Assembly: GCA_002773395.1 (NCBI GenBank) | Contig: PFBI01000006.1 | Coordinates: forward strand, 156,657-220,656 | DNA length: 64,000 bases | From: Candidatus Kaiserbacteria bacterium CG10_big_fil_rev_8_21_14_0_10_47_16 | Lineage (GTDB): Bacteria > Patescibacteriota > Minisyncoccia > Phycocordibacterales > UBA918 | Direction: 5' to 3' | Part shown: piece after piece, positions 10,763-20,538 of the stretch | Layout of the letters: every line of letters starts with the position of its first letter | How positions within the stretch are numbered: the stretch's first letter is position 1 | Made by a program: the position numbers and the translations under genes | Notes under the pieces: model-generated | Told to the model about the DNA's origin: nothing | The model's input: only the letters and a program-made list of their open reading frames with translations | Database searches by the model: none

Positions 10763-12049
10763 ATGGACACGTTCACAGATGTTCTCTCGTTTATCGTCAC
10801 TTTGCTGACGATACTCGTCGCAATACCGATCGGGGTATTTATACCCCTGTTTCTCTTCCCACTCATTCCGGGTGCGGTTGCATCGTTGGCAAACAACCCC
10901 AACAGGTTCCAACCGGAGAAAAACCCTAGTGTGCGTAATTACGAACCGAGCACATTCGGGTTCTTCACCACTCTGGCACCTGGCCAAGTGAAGCTCATCG
11001 AGCGCGGCAAGCGATTCATCGGCGGCATTATGCGGTTCGAAGGTCACAGCTTCGCTGGAGAGCAAGACAAAAAACTTGCTCGAAACACTCATGGGTATTG
11101 GGAGGTTACGAAAACAAATGGGGACGGAGAAGACACCCACCCCATTCCCAAGCCGAGCTGGGAAAAAGCCAAAAAAGACGGTGTGATTGGGGTCTTGCTT
11201 TACCCAGTCAAATGGATTTGGTGGAAATGGAAACGTTGGGTATACGAACTCACTGGGTACGTATTCACTGGCTTCTATCCGTTCCAACAGGTCCGCGTGG
11301 AAACGATCGACCGATACAAAAAAATCAAGCATGCTGATGGTTCTGAAGAAATCGTGTACATTGCCGACTATACAGACCATTTCCGTGTTGCCGATTTTCA
11401 GTTTCCGGTCATCATTCCGGATGCTGACACCCAAGACAAGATCCCGGTCAGAATGATCGTGGATACTGTTATGCGGTGTTTCAATCCGTACCTTGCCGCA
11501 TATGCAACAGATGACTGGTCGTCACGATCTACTACTTCAATAGGAGATGCGGTGACTCACTATACGCGGCCACGCAAACTTGACGTCGTCCTTTCAGCCG
11601 AAAGCACTGGTGACGTTCGCAAGATGGGAGAGGAAATATCCCAAATCGGTAATCGAACAATCCCAGAAGAGACTCAGACACCAAACAACATCGTCGCTTT
11701 CGGCTTCGAGGTTCGCCAGGTTCTGATACCTGACATATCTCTGGCAAACAAAGCTGATGCCAGACGACTGGGCGATGTTGCATTTGCCCGAGTTGACCGT
11801 GACGCCCAAGTGATACGTTCCGAGGGCACTGCCCAAGGTATCGCCTTACAAGCAAAGGCGGTCACCGAAGGTGGGGCTGCCGGCATGGCGGTACTCCTCT
11901 CAGAGCGGAATATAAAAACCGCAGATGTTGCGGGAGATAAGGCCATCGTGGTCATAGGTGGTGGGGCAGATCCTTTTGCAGCTGCCACATTCAAGGAGAT
12001 CAAGCAAATCAACGACAATACCAAGGGGACCAGTGATGGAAATACCTAG
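10763..12049 (+). CDS. Membrane-anchored SPFH/Band-7-like protein
   Basis: N-terminal TM, LAPGQVKLIERGKRF, ADTQDKIPVRMIV, FGFEVRQVLIPDI, Ala-rich tail AQVIRSEGTAQGI. Start set at MDTF. Confidence 0.7.
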   Translation: MDTFTDVLSFIVTLLTILVAIPIGVFIPLFLFPLIPGAVASLANNPNRFQPEKNPSVRNYEPSTFGFFTTLAPGQVKLIERGKRFIGGIMRFEGHSFAGEQDKKLARNTHGYWEVTKTNGDGEDTHPIPKPSWEKAKKDGVIGVLLYPVKWIWWKWKRWVYELTGYVFTGFYPFQQVRVETIDRYKKIKHADGSEEIVYIADYTDHFRVADFQFPVIIPDADTQDKIPVRMIVDTVMRCFNPYLAAYATDDWSSRSTTSIGDAVTHYTRPRKLDVVLSAESTGDVRKMGEEISQIGNRTIPEETQTPNNIVAFGFEVRQVLIPDISLANKADARRLGDVAFARVDRDAQVIRSEGTAQGIALQAKAVTEGGAAGMAVLLSERNIKTADVAGDKAIVVIGGGADPFAAATFKEIKQINDNTKGTSDGNT

Positions 12050-13112
12050 TATATCTGTCCCTATCTTCTTGTGGACGATAGGGGTGGTAGCAGCGCTCAT
12101 TGCTGCTGCCATAATCTTCTTCCTCTCATGGGGAGCACGTCAAGGGAGAAAGGCTGTGGAGAAACCTCAGAAAGAGAAGGATTCGGCAACCGAGTCTACA
12201 AAAGAAGTCAGCGAACCCGTCAACAAGAAGAAGGCTGGCAGCAGATGGGAGAAATTGAGGGTTCCTCGAAAGTATCTGATCTTTTTCCCGATTGTGCTGC
12301 TCTTCATCCTTCTGACAATATGGGGAGTAACCAGTCTCTTCGGCAGTTCCGACAAGGAAACAACAACCGCTTCCAACGTCGTCGCAGAAGAAACCACGAG
12401 TCCTCCAGCAGTGTCACCAAGTGAACCGAAAGCACCTACGGTGCAAAAAGAACACAAGGTGACACCGCAGGCGGCCCCAACAAGTACGGACGATGGAAAG
12501 GGGTGGCCACTGCTTCTTGCTGCGGTATTGTTTGCGGCAGGTATTTGGCTCATCAGCCTTGGAGCAAGGGCCAGAACACTATTCGGCTTCCTCCTCTGCA
12601 TTCCTCTTCTCTGGCTATCTTTACCCCTCGTTGGTATATCCTTCGATTCATGGGGTGGAATAACTCGCTGGGGAGGTCTTGGCCTACTCGCCTTACTCGG
12701 TGGGTTCATGGCTTGGAAATCCAACTCATGGATCGTGCGAGTGATTGGAGGCATTCTTGTATTGCCGATAATCATCGCCGCGCTATCCGGACCATCCGCT
12801 GGTGACCGTTTCGCCGACAACCTCGGCAAGACTGTCATTGACGCAAGTGATGGCGTCGGCGAAAAACTCGGCGGGCTTACGAGTGGTGAAGGGTCGACAA
12901 CTGGCACCATCAAGCTCAAGGGCGAGATAACGACAGTCTGGCTCGACGGCCATTGGCGCAATATGCCAATTCCTTCGGGCACCTGCACGCTCACGAGCCC
13001 TGGGAGTCTCATTGAATTTGAGTTCCCAAACCAAACTCTGACACGCATGCGTAGTCAGAGTGGTGAAAAGATCCAGGCGACGGTCACCATGAAGCCTTAC
13101 GGCACGTGTTGA
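12036..13112 (+). CDS. Hypothetical multi-pass membrane protein, overlapping the 3' end of the SPFH gene
   Basis: ATG 12036 preceded by AAGGGG; about six hydrophobic segments, low-complexity Ser/Pro/Thr linker, small C-terminal beta-rich domain. Confidence 0.7.
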   Translation: MEIPSISVPIFLWTIGVVAALIAAAIIFFLSWGARQGRKAVEKPQKEKDSATESTKEVSEPVNKKKAGSRWEKLRVPRKYLIFFPIVLLFILLTIWGVTSLFGSSDKETTTASNVVAEETTSPPAVSPSEPKAPTVQKEHKVTPQAAPTSTDDGKGWPLLLAAVLFAAGIWLISLGARARTLFGFLLCIPLLWLSLPLVGISFDSWGGITRWGGLGLLALLGGFMAWKSNSWIVRVIGGILVLPIIIAALSGPSAGDRFADNLGKTVIDASDGVGEKLGGLTSGEGSTTGTIKLKGEITTVWLDGHWRNMPIPSGTCTLTSPGSLIEFEFPNQTLTRMRSQSGEKIQATVTMKPYGTC

Positions 13113-13184
13113 TCAGAGCCTTTGTACCTCTTGAATACAAACTGGACCCCCGCTGCTTCGGCAGTGTGTGGGTCCTTTTTCTTT

Positions 13185-13499
13185 TTATATACCAAATATT
13201 CCGCCGCGAAGAAGCGCGATGATCCCCCAAATACCAACCATGACCACGAGTACGAGTACTCCTGTTGTGATGATTTTCTTTCCTTTTTCAACTTGCGCTT
13301 CCTCTGCCCCACCAATTACCCATGTTCGAATGATTGCCCATACGAGTACGATGAAAGTGAGAGCGAAAATGAACGTAATCAACAAATTTATGATACTGAG
13401 GAAGAGATCCACAAGTGAACCGAAACTCTTTGGTGTTGCAACAGCTGCAGACGTCAGCATCGGTGTCATTACTATGAGAAGTGAGAGGAAGTATTTCAT
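13185..13499 (-). CDS. TrbC/VirB2-like CPR pilin
   Basis: Signal peptide; LVWAIIRTW...EKGKKIITTGVLVLVVMVGIWGII. Confidence 0.75.
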   Translation of the reverse strand: MKYFLSLLIVMTPMLTSAAVATPKSFGSLVDLFLSIINLLITFIFALTFIVLVWAIIRTWVIGGAEEAQVEKGKKIITTGVLVLVVMVGIWGIIALLRGGIFGI

Positions 13500-13954
13500 T
13501 TTGTAATTGCCGTAATAGTACCTTGTATAACTTCAAGGATTGCCCATGCGCCGAGTACAATGACGCCGCCAATAACCGCCCACGTAAGGGCTGCACGCGC
13601 TTTCTGGATTTGTGCTGGTTCACCACGTGCTGTTACAAAGAGGAATCCTGCGTACATGATAAAGAGCACGATAATAGGTATTGCAAAGACGAGAATAATC
13701 GCAATGACCGACTTGAGGAAATCAGTGAGATTGTAGTTTTCGCTTGAACTGAGTGGATTGGTAAGTTTTACTGTACCTCCTGAACCAGACCCAGGGTTTG
13801 CACCCGAAGGTACATTATCAGTTGGATTTGAACCTGAAGGAACTGAGTTACCCGAGTTGGAACCAGATGGAACAGTGTCCGCTGCAAATACCACCCCCTG
13901 TACAGGCACTATCATCATTGTAGTTACTACCGCTCCGATAAAAAAGTTTTTCAT
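13496..13954 (-). CDS. TrbC/VirB2-like CPR pilin with a Ser/Gly/Asn repeat linker
   Basis: LTNPL...IMYAGFLFVTARGEPAQIQKARAALTWAVIGGVIVLGAW; VPSG(S/A)N repeated three times. Start taken at MKNFF. Confidence 0.8.
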   Translation of the reverse strand: MKNFFIGAVVTTMMIVPVQGVVFAADTVPSGSNSGNSVPSGSNPTDNVPSGANPGSGSGGTVKLTNPLSSSENYNLTDFLKSVIAIILVFAIPIIVLFIMYAGFLFVTARGEPAQIQKARAALTWAVIGGVIVLGAWAILEVIQGTITAITK

Positions 13955-13961
13955 AGTCTCA

Positions 13962-15266
13962 TTAAAATAATTGTTGCAATCTTCCAACTGCGTCTGTTAT
14001 CGATTCGCTCACTCGCTTGCGGCCACTCGTTACATCTTCGATCATCGTCTTAAAGACATTCTCACTGCCGAGCGCACTTGGGTCAAGCCACGCATGTGCA
14101 GTGAGTGCGGCGCGGTACAACACTTGTCTGTACGCACTCCCTGTTCCTAAAGCAATTTCAGCACGGACAACTGGTGCGAGGTTGAGTGCTTCGGTGAGCA
14201 TCAATGCGTTTGGCTGACTTGCAAGGACTTGTGCGGCTGCAAATCCGCCCTGCGGATTTGCAGCCGCACTTGGAATCGCAAACGCATAGAACGTACCAAA
14301 GTCACGCACCACATTTGCTCCCGCTCCTTGTGGCACCTGCGCAATATCGAAGTTTAAGTTTGGATTCGCACTTTGGAGTTCTTTGTATTCACTTCCCTTT
14401 CCAAAGTAGAGTGCAAGATCTTCTGAGAGGAATGCTTGCCGATCTTCCCTAAGCGAACGGTTCCATGAGTATGTCGTCCCCGAACTTTGTGAAAACTGCG
14501 TATAGAAAGAGAGTGCCGCCTGTCCTGGGGGAATATTATTGTTTGCTGATTTCCCAAGCGTAATCTCAATCCCTTGTGCGCCCGTTGAGACGATGTCTGT
14601 CCCCGCTTGCATAAAGAGCATCGAGAGAATGCTTTTTGCGTTTCTGATATTACTGTATTCACCGAGACCAACAGCGCTCTGGATAATCTCACGATTTGCA
14701 GCAACCTTGGTAACCGCAGGTGTCGTAACATTTACAAGCTCTTCCCATGTCGCCGGTGGCTGTGCTATCCCATTCTTCGCAAGGAGGTCGCGGTTCCAGT
14801 ACATGACGAGCGGATCCACCGCAAACGGAATTCCGTAGACGCCATCATTAAGCAAGAAGATGTCCGCACCATCAATATAAGAGTCTCTGAAGGTTCTCTC
14901 AGGGATTGTGGTAAACGATATTTTACTAAGTCGGTTTTGGTAGGTAAGTAAATCTTCACTTGAGAGGACGACGAGGTCTGGAGAACGCCCTGCCGCGATG
15001 GCGTTGAGTAATTCATAATCAAAAGTGTCTTTGTTTTTTTGTATGTAGTGCACTGCTTGAAACGCACTGTCACCACGACTGATTTCGTCGAGTACAACAC
15101 TGAACGCAGAAGCTGAGAATGTTCCCCACACCTCTACCGATTCCCCGTACAGTTGGCTCGTGCTTGAGCTCGATCCTCGAAACGTAATAAAAAAGATGAG
15201 CGCAACAATCGCGAGAAAACCGAACCCTCCTAAAAGAATGATTTGAAATGGTCGTATTGATGTCAT
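13962..15266 (-). CDS. Extracellular solute-binding protein (family 1, sugar-binding-like)
   Basis: N-terminal TM, VEVWG, AIAAGRSPD, YGIPFAVDPLVMYWNRDLL, PPATWEE. Confidence 0.85.
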   Translation of the reverse strand: MTSIRPFQIILLGGFGFLAIVALIFFITFRGSSSSTSQLYGESVEVWGTFSASAFSVVLDEISRGDSAFQAVHYIQKNKDTFDYELLNAIAAGRSPDLVVLSSEDLLTYQNRLSKISFTTIPERTFRDSYIDGADIFLLNDGVYGIPFAVDPLVMYWNRDLLAKNGIAQPPATWEELVNVTTPAVTKVAANREIIQSAVGLGEYSNIRNAKSILSMLFMQAGTDIVSTGAQGIEITLGKSANNNIPPGQAALSFYTQFSQSSGTTYSWNRSLREDRQAFLSEDLALYFGKGSEYKELQSANPNLNFDIAQVPQGAGANVVRDFGTFYAFAIPSAAANPQGGFAAAQVLASQPNALMLTEALNLAPVVRAEIALGTGSAYRQVLYRAALTAHAWLDPSALGSENVFKTMIEDVTSGRKRVSESITDAVGRLQQLF

Positions 15267-15811
15267 ACGCGTCTAAACATTAATCCATAATGATGCTCCC
15301 CTGCAGGAAAGTCGTGTTCAAGACGAAATCCATGTGCTTCTGCCATACTCGTTACTGCTTTTTGATCAACGACATGATCCGGTCGTGGGCCAAGTCCTCC
15401 AAAGCTTTCTGTCCACTCGATGATAGCGAGCTTTCCGCCTGGGCGGATCACACGTGCAGCTTCAGTGAGTGCAACGCCTTTATCATCAACTTGGAAGAGC
15501 GTGTTGATGAATACCCCCATATCAAGCGTATTATCGGCAAGTCGAACTCCTTTTGGAGTTTCGAGATCGCACCACAGTGGCTCAACATTCGGGAGTCGTT
15601 CTGTCTGCGCTACTAGGGCGAGTGTTTCAACAAGATTCTTCTGGATCTCACACGCATACACGCGACCATCGAGACCTGCCGCGGTTGAGAGCGCACGGAG
15701 AAAGTATCCCGATCCCGCACCAAAGTCTGCCACACGGTCTCCCGGCCGCAGATGAAAGTGCGAAGTTACAACATCGGGTTTTACAAACCGAGAACCGCCT
15801 TCTGAATTCAT
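15263..15811 (-). CDS. Class I SAM-dependent methyltransferase
   Basis: VADFGAGSG motif I, RVIRPGGKLAIIEW. Confidence 0.85.
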   Translation of the reverse strand: MNSEGGSRFVKPDVVTSHFHLRPGDRVADFGAGSGYFLRALSTAAGLDGRVYACEIQKNLVETLALVAQTERLPNVEPLWCDLETPKGVRLADNTLDMGVFINTLFQVDDKGVALTEAARVIRPGGKLAIIEWTESFGGLGPRPDHVVDQKAVTSMAEAHGFRLEHDFPAGEHHYGLMFRRV

Positions 15812-15858
15812 GCACATAGTATAGCACTCCGTATAGTTAATAGCGGGCACCAAGACGT

Positions 15859-15899
15859 GGAAAGGCCCGAGAGATGCTTCGCATCTCTCGGGCCTTTCC
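15859..15899. terminator. Terminator downstream of gyrA
   Basis: ggaaaggcccgagagatgc-ttc-gcatctctcgggcctttcc. Confidence 0.75.
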
Positions 15900-15919
15900 T
15901 ACCCCACATTTCAACAATC

Positions 15920-18433
15920 TTAACTAATGACGGTCGTCGCAATCGCATCCCCTGGGCGCAATTTCATAATGCGTACTCCCTGTGTCTGACGGCCGAGTGA
16001 TGGCACATCTTTGAGTGGCAGTTTGATAACTTGCCCCTTCTTACTCATGACCACGAGCTCACCTTCTTTCTTGTCTTCATCACCGAGTACCGCAGCGCCC
16101 ACCACCTTACCGGTCTTTGTGGTGATTTTTGCTGTCTTAATACCTGAGCCACCACGCTTTTGTACCTTGTATTCTTTCGCTGGAGTCATCTTTCCGTATC
16201 CATTTTCCATGACGACGAGAATGTCGCGATCCTTCTCACCATTTTTCAGTACATCAGCAGAGACAATGATATCTCCTTTCTTGAGCTTCATCGCCGTTAC
16301 TCCTGCCGCTGTACGACCCATTTCACGTACATCACTTTCCTTAAATCGAATTGCTTGTCCTTCAGTAGAGATGAGTGACACTTCGTCACCCTTACCAACA
16401 AAGCGTGCAGAGATGAGCGCGTCGTCGTCTTTGAGCTTGATTGCAATAAGGCCGCTGCGACGAACATCCTTAAACGATGCTGCATCTGACTTCTTCGCAA
16501 CACCATTCTTTGTGACCATCATAAGACTCCAGTCGCCTGCCCACGCATCCTTTTTGACCGCGAGTACTGACGTCACATGCTCCTCGGGAGTAAGCGGAAG
16601 GAAGTTCATGATTGACTTACCTTTCGTTGCGCGCCGCCCTTCTGGAATTTCATACATCTTTGACTGATACACCTTACCCATATCAGTAAAGAAGAGGAGA
16701 TCACTGTGTGCTGATGTCGTGAGTAACATCGTTACTACGTCTTCTTCTTTAGTATTTAAATCAACAACACCAACGCCACCGCGCTTTTGTACCTTGTATT
16801 CACTTGGGTTTGTACGCTTTACGTATCCACCTTGTGTGAGAACGAGAACACTTTCATCATCAGGGACCAAGTCCTCTTGACTGAGCTGCTTCACGCCGCC
16901 TTTGATGATCTTTGTACGACGATCATCTCCGTATTTTTCTGCAGCTTCTGCAAGCTCTGTTTTCACAATACTTTGCATCTTCGCCTTGCTCTTCAAAATT
17001 CCTTCAAGTTCCTTAATGAGTGCCTGCACTTCTTTGAGTTCATCCTCGATCTTCTTACGTTCAAGGCCTGCGAGCTTTTGCAGACGCATATCAAGAATTG
17101 CCTGCGCTTGTCGCTCAGAGAATTTGAACTCCTTCATGAGCGCAGCGTGCGCAGAAGGGACATCTTTCGCTGCACGAATCAGCTTGATGATTGCATCAAT
17201 GTGGTCGAGCGCCTTCTTGAGTCCAAGGAGAATGTGTTCTCGGTCTTTTGCTTTTGCAAGATCGTACTCAGTACGACGACGGACAACCTCAACACGGTGC
17301 TTCACGTACTCTTCGAGAATACTCTTCAGTGACAATGTCTGCGGAATACCGTCAACAAGCGCCACCATGTTGTAGTGGAAGGTATCTTCAAGCTGTGTGT
17401 GCTTGTAGAGTTTGTTAAGTACTGTCTGTGGTTGTGCTGATGCCTTGAGTTCGATAACGACACGAATGTCAGACGTCGACTCATCACGCATTTCTTTAAT
17501 ACCTTCAATTTTTTTATCACGTACCAAACCTGCGATCTTTTCAAGCATGTCCGCCTTGTTTACGCGGAATGGAATAGAGGTAATGATAATAATAAAGTTG
17601 CCTTTCTTGTCTTCAGTAATTTCTGCTTCACCACGAACCACGACGCCACCCTTCCCGTTTGCGTAGGCGTGAGCGATATCTTTTTGATTGAATGCAACTG
17701 CGCCCATCGGAAAGTCTGGGCCTTTCACAAATTGCAGGAGGTCGTTTGTCGTCGCTGCTGGTGTATCGATAAGATGGGCAATAGCAGCTGCAATTTCTCG
17801 CAGGTTGTGTGGCGGGATATTCGTCGCCATACCTACCGCAATACCGAGTGTTCCATTGAGGAGGAGGTTTGGAAGTCCGGCAGGGAGTACCGACGGCTCT
17901 TTCTTCGTACCGTCAAAGTTTGGTCGCCACGCAACGGTATCTTTTTCAAGATCACGGAGCATTTCTTCTGCAACCTTCGACATCTTTGCTTCGGTGTAAC
18001 GATACGCAGCAGCACTATCTCCATCGATTGAGCCGAAGTTTCCTTGTCCGATGACGAGTGGGTATCGTGTATTAAATTGCTGCGCAAGTTTTACCATCGC
18101 TTCATACACAGAAATATCACCATGCGGGTGGAAACTACCGAGTACGTCTCCCACTACTGTTGCAGACTTTTTGAATCGGGCGGTGGACGTGAGTCCATTG
18201 AGACGCATCGAATAGAGAATGCGTCGATGTACTGGCTTAAGTCCATCGCGCACATCAGGAAGTGCGCGCGAGGTAATCACGCTCATTGCGTAGTCAAGGT
18301 ATGCGGCTTGCATCTCTCCCGTAATACTCTGTGCTTGCACACCGATAGCCGTACGGGTACCCATTTCTAATGCGGCATCACTGCCTTTTTTCTTTGGTTC
18401 GTTTTCAGAATTATCGTTCTTTTTTGCCGCCAT
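15920..18433 (-). CDS. gyrA: DNA gyrase subunit A
   Basis: [38 protein letters not shown], GyrA-box QKRGGVG, beta-pinwheel repeats. Confidence 0.98.
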   Translation of the reverse strand: MAAKKNDNSENEPKKKGSDAALEMGTRTAIGVQAQSITGEMQAAYLDYAMSVITSRALPDVRDGLKPVHRRILYSMRLNGLTSTARFKKSATVVGDVLGSFHPHGDISVYEAMVKLAQQFNTRYPLVIGQGNFGSIDGDSAAAYRYTEAKMSKVAEEMLRDLEKDTVAWRPNFDGTKKEPSVLPAGLPNLLLNGTLGIAVGMATNIPPHNLREIAAAIAHLIDTPAATTNDLLQFVKGPDFPMGAVAFNQKDIAHAYANGKGGVVVRGEAEITEDKKGNFIIIITSIPFRVNKADMLEKIAGLVRDKKIEGIKEMRDESTSDIRVVIELKASAQPQTVLNKLYKHTQLEDTFHYNMVALVDGIPQTLSLKSILEEYVKHRVEVVRRRTEYDLAKAKDREHILLGLKKALDHIDAIIKLIRAAKDVPSAHAALMKEFKFSERQAQAILDMRLQKLAGLERKKIEDELKEVQALIKELEGILKSKAKMQSIVKTELAEAAEKYGDDRRTKIIKGGVKQLSQEDLVPDDESVLVLTQGGYVKRTNPSEYKVQKRGGVGVVDLNTKEEDVVTMLLTTSAHSDLLFFTDMGKVYQSKMYEIPEGRRATKGKSIMNFLPLTPEEHVTSVLAVKKDAWAGDWSLMMVTKNGVAKKSDAASFKDVRRSGLIAIKLKDDDALISARFVGKGDEVSLISTEGQAIRFKESDVREMGRTAAGVTAMKLKKGDIIVSADVLKNGEKDRDILVVMENGYGKMTPAKEYKVQKRGGSGIKTAKITTKTGKVVGAAVLGDEDKKEGELVVMSKKGQVIKLPLKDVPSLGRQTQGVRIMKLRPGDAIATTVIS

Positions 18434-18494
18434 ACTATGTTATTTCGTGTGGTCTATTATACCAGAAATCGCCTGTAAAACCTAGTTTATTCCA

Positions 18495-18899
18495 CTACTC
18501 CATCGTGCTTTTTGCGGAGCTCGTGCCGATGAGAACGACGTTGGCAGGAGCTGCTTTCGGAGTAGTTGTTGTTGCCGCATTAAAATTAAGTACGGGGACC
18601 AGTCCTTGGTCTTTTGTCGCACCACTCGGCGTAGGTTGCTCTGTGTTTTTACCCGACTCCGTTGACGAAGCGGCACCGAATGCTGCACCGAGTTGTGTGC
18701 GAACGTTGCCAAAAAATGAACTGAACGGCCCGACTGTTTCTTTTGCCGTCTCTGCAATCGGTGCGTTTTGTGTAAATTGTGATGGGAGCGTTGCAGTCCA
18801 CATAAGCGCAATAATACCGACAATCGCAAAGGCCGACCAAAATGAAATGTGGGCTTTCATTGTCGGTGACTGTGATTTTATTTTTTCGAGGAAGCTCAT
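18495..18899 (-). CDS. Hypothetical single-TM protein
   Basis: 134 aa, TM near the N-terminus, low-complexity Thr/Ala C-terminus. Confidence 0.6.
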   Translation of the reverse strand: MSFLEKIKSQSPTMKAHISFWSAFAIVGIIALMWTATLPSQFTQNAPIAETAKETVGPFSSFFGNVRTQLGAAFGAASSTESGKNTEQPTPSGATKDQGLVPVLNFNAATTTTPKAAPANVVLIGTSSAKSTME

Positions 18900-18928
18900 A
18901 GTGTCTCAAGTATACTACGTGGCGCGCA

Positions 18929-18973
18929 CATACAAAACGTGGCCGGAAGCGAAGCTTCCGGCCACGTTTTGTA
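18929..18973. terminator. Terminator hairpin
   Basis: atacaaaacgtggccggaagc-gaa-gcttccggccacgttttgtat. Confidence 0.75.
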
Positions 18974-18987
18974 TACACTCCCCCGCC

Positions 18988-19608
18988 CTACCCTTTCAGG
19001 ACAATCACTTCCCCTTCCATCGTCAAAAGTTCTTTCTTCTTTATCGTGAGTTTTTCTTCAGGCTTCCCATTTGTTGAACCTTCCTCTTTCAGAAACGCTT
19101 CGAGCGATTTTGCATCGTAGTGCATTGGAATAATAACGCGTGCCTCAAGCTTCGCACCGAGCTTCGCTGCGGCCGGAACATCAAGCACATCCCCGCCACC
19201 AATAGGAACAAAGAGGATATCAATATCACCAAATTCACTCAGAATCTTAGAATCAATGTCAGAGCTAGAGAGCGCGCCGAGGAACACCATATTGATTCCT
19301 TCGAGCGTGATTTGGTAAATCGTATTAAATCGTTCTTGTTTGTCGTACGTTGTCTGTACGCCGTATCCACGAGCGGTCACTTCACCTACTTCATACTCTC
19401 CGGGACCATCAACAACGAATGGTTGCTTTGCGCCAAACGCAACCTCATCAGCACCATCAAAGTCAGGGTGGTGCATTGAGATAAATGCAACGTCTGCACC
19501 AAACTTCACCGGAGTGAGATCTGACTTCTTTGAAATAGGGTTAAGGGCGAGCGTGGTGTTTCCAAATGCCACTTTAAAACACTCGCCGCCGTGATGTGTG
19601 ATTACCAT
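18988..19608 (-). CDS. MBL-fold (Lactamase_B_3-like) hydrolase homolog
   Basis: MVITHHGGECFKV, SMHHPDF, GPGEYEV, IDILFVPIGG, IIPMHY. The HxHxDH motif is degenerate. Confidence 0.8.
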   Translation of the reverse strand: MVITHHGGECFKVAFGNTTLALNPISKKSDLTPVKFGADVAFISMHHPDFDGADEVAFGAKQPFVVDGPGEYEVGEVTARGYGVQTTYDKQERFNTIYQITLEGINMVFLGALSSSDIDSKILSEFGDIDILFVPIGGGDVLDVPAAAKLGAKLEARVIIPMHYDAKSLEAFLKEEGSTNGKPEEKLTIKKKELLTMEGEVIVLKG

Positions 19609-19673
19609 AGTGCAGCAAGTATACCAGACTCCTTCTCTGTTTGACAAAGCAAGAGAATATTCGTATATTACGT

Positions 19674-19873
19674 GTCCCTGTGGAGCGTTGTACGTCCCTT
19701 GTCCTTCACGGGGTGCAGGACAGGCGGCCAGTCGATCGACCATGTTTTCCAACATAGTCCAGCTCCAACTAGACTATGCGATGAAGACGAAATCCTTCGG
19801 CTGGCCGCCGCACCTACGTTCTTGGTTTCCTTCCGGAAACACAATCCTGCTGGACCTTCGGTCCGGCTTTTTT
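19674..19873 (+). ncRNA. Candidate structured ncRNA 1 (~200 nt), possibly 6S-like
   Basis: TTGACA(19641)-N17-TATATT promoter; long interrupted hairpin including ggcggccagtcga/tcggctggccgcc; terminator 19849-19873; no credible ORF. Confidence 0.55.
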
Positions 19874-19909
19874 AATATTGACAAAATGATTCATTGTAGT
19901 AGAGTAATG

Positions 19910-20151
19910 ATGGTTTGCGCGCACAGGCCAAACAGCAGCGAAGCCGATCGGCAAAGTTCGTTTTAGAGCTTTATGGTTCACCACATCCCCTCCCTTGGTG
20001 GTAATCATACCTTTCATTGCGGAATCTCCCGCCTGTCGGACCCCCCTCCTGACAGAAAAGATGAGAGAGTGCCGGTCGGCCAGCCGCCGACCTTATCTGT
20101 ACGCAATTAAGTACGCCCCATGCCCGAGTATGCTTCATACTCGGCTTTTTT
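19910..20151 (+). ncRNA. Candidate ncRNA 2 (~240 nt) with C-rich loops
   Basis: TTGACA(19878)-N16-TAGAGT; several hairpins; terminator ccgagtatg-ctt-catactcgg-ctttttt. Confidence 0.5.
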
Positions 20152-20202
20152 ATTATCCACAGGCATTCTTGACGCTTGGTAAAGACAGGGGTAGACTACT
20201 TG

Positions 20203-20389
20203 TATTGGTCTTCATCGGGGAGTTATCCAATCGCGGAATCACACAGATTCCACAAAGGTCAGCTCCTTCAAAAAAACCAATCTCTGCAAAGCGCAGATTC
20301 GTTCTTTAGAAGCTTCGGCTTCCACCACATTTGAGACATTAGTCTCATTCCATCGTCCACAAACGCCTATCTCCGATACGGCGTTTTTT
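20203..20389 (+). ncRNA. Candidate ncRNA 3 (~185 nt)
   Basis: TTGACG(20169)-N17-TAGACT; string of short hairpins; terminator aaacgcc...ggcgtttttt. Confidence 0.5.
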
Positions 20390-20390
20390 G

Positions 20391-20538
20391 TTGTCAAAAC
20401 AGATGTTTTATAGTATTATCTCGCCACCTGAAAAGGTTTATTAATTTCTAGCGGGGTGTGCTAACCCTGTCCTCACGAACACGGCCAGAGAAACGCTTGG
20501 ACAGAAACATACCGCCGGATACAAATACATAGTTTTAT
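20391..20538 (+). promoter_or_regulatory. rpsA promoter and structured 5' leader
   Basis: TTGTCA-N17-TATTAT, then a ~115 nt leader without an SD. Confidence 0.55.

Noticed and set aside
10544-11434. 296 aa minus-strand ORF
   Set aside because: Antisense shadow of the SPFH-like gene; no recognisable motifs, and the promoter and SD support the plus strand.
12167-13048. 293 aa minus-strand ORF
   Set aside because: Antisense shadow of the 12036-13112 membrane protein; Ser/Pro-rich composition typical of an off-strand frame.
19641-20389. tmRNA, SRP RNA or RNase P RNA as the identity of the ncRNA candidates
   Set aside because: No tRNA-like ends or tag peptide, no SRP GGAA/AGCAG domain IV motif and no GAGGAAAGUCC found by eye on either strand; a divergent match is not fully excluded.
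20444-20457. aatttctagcggggt in the rpsA leader, resembling the MITE terminal repeat
   Set aside because: One mismatch and no clear partner repeat; may simply be part of the leader stem.
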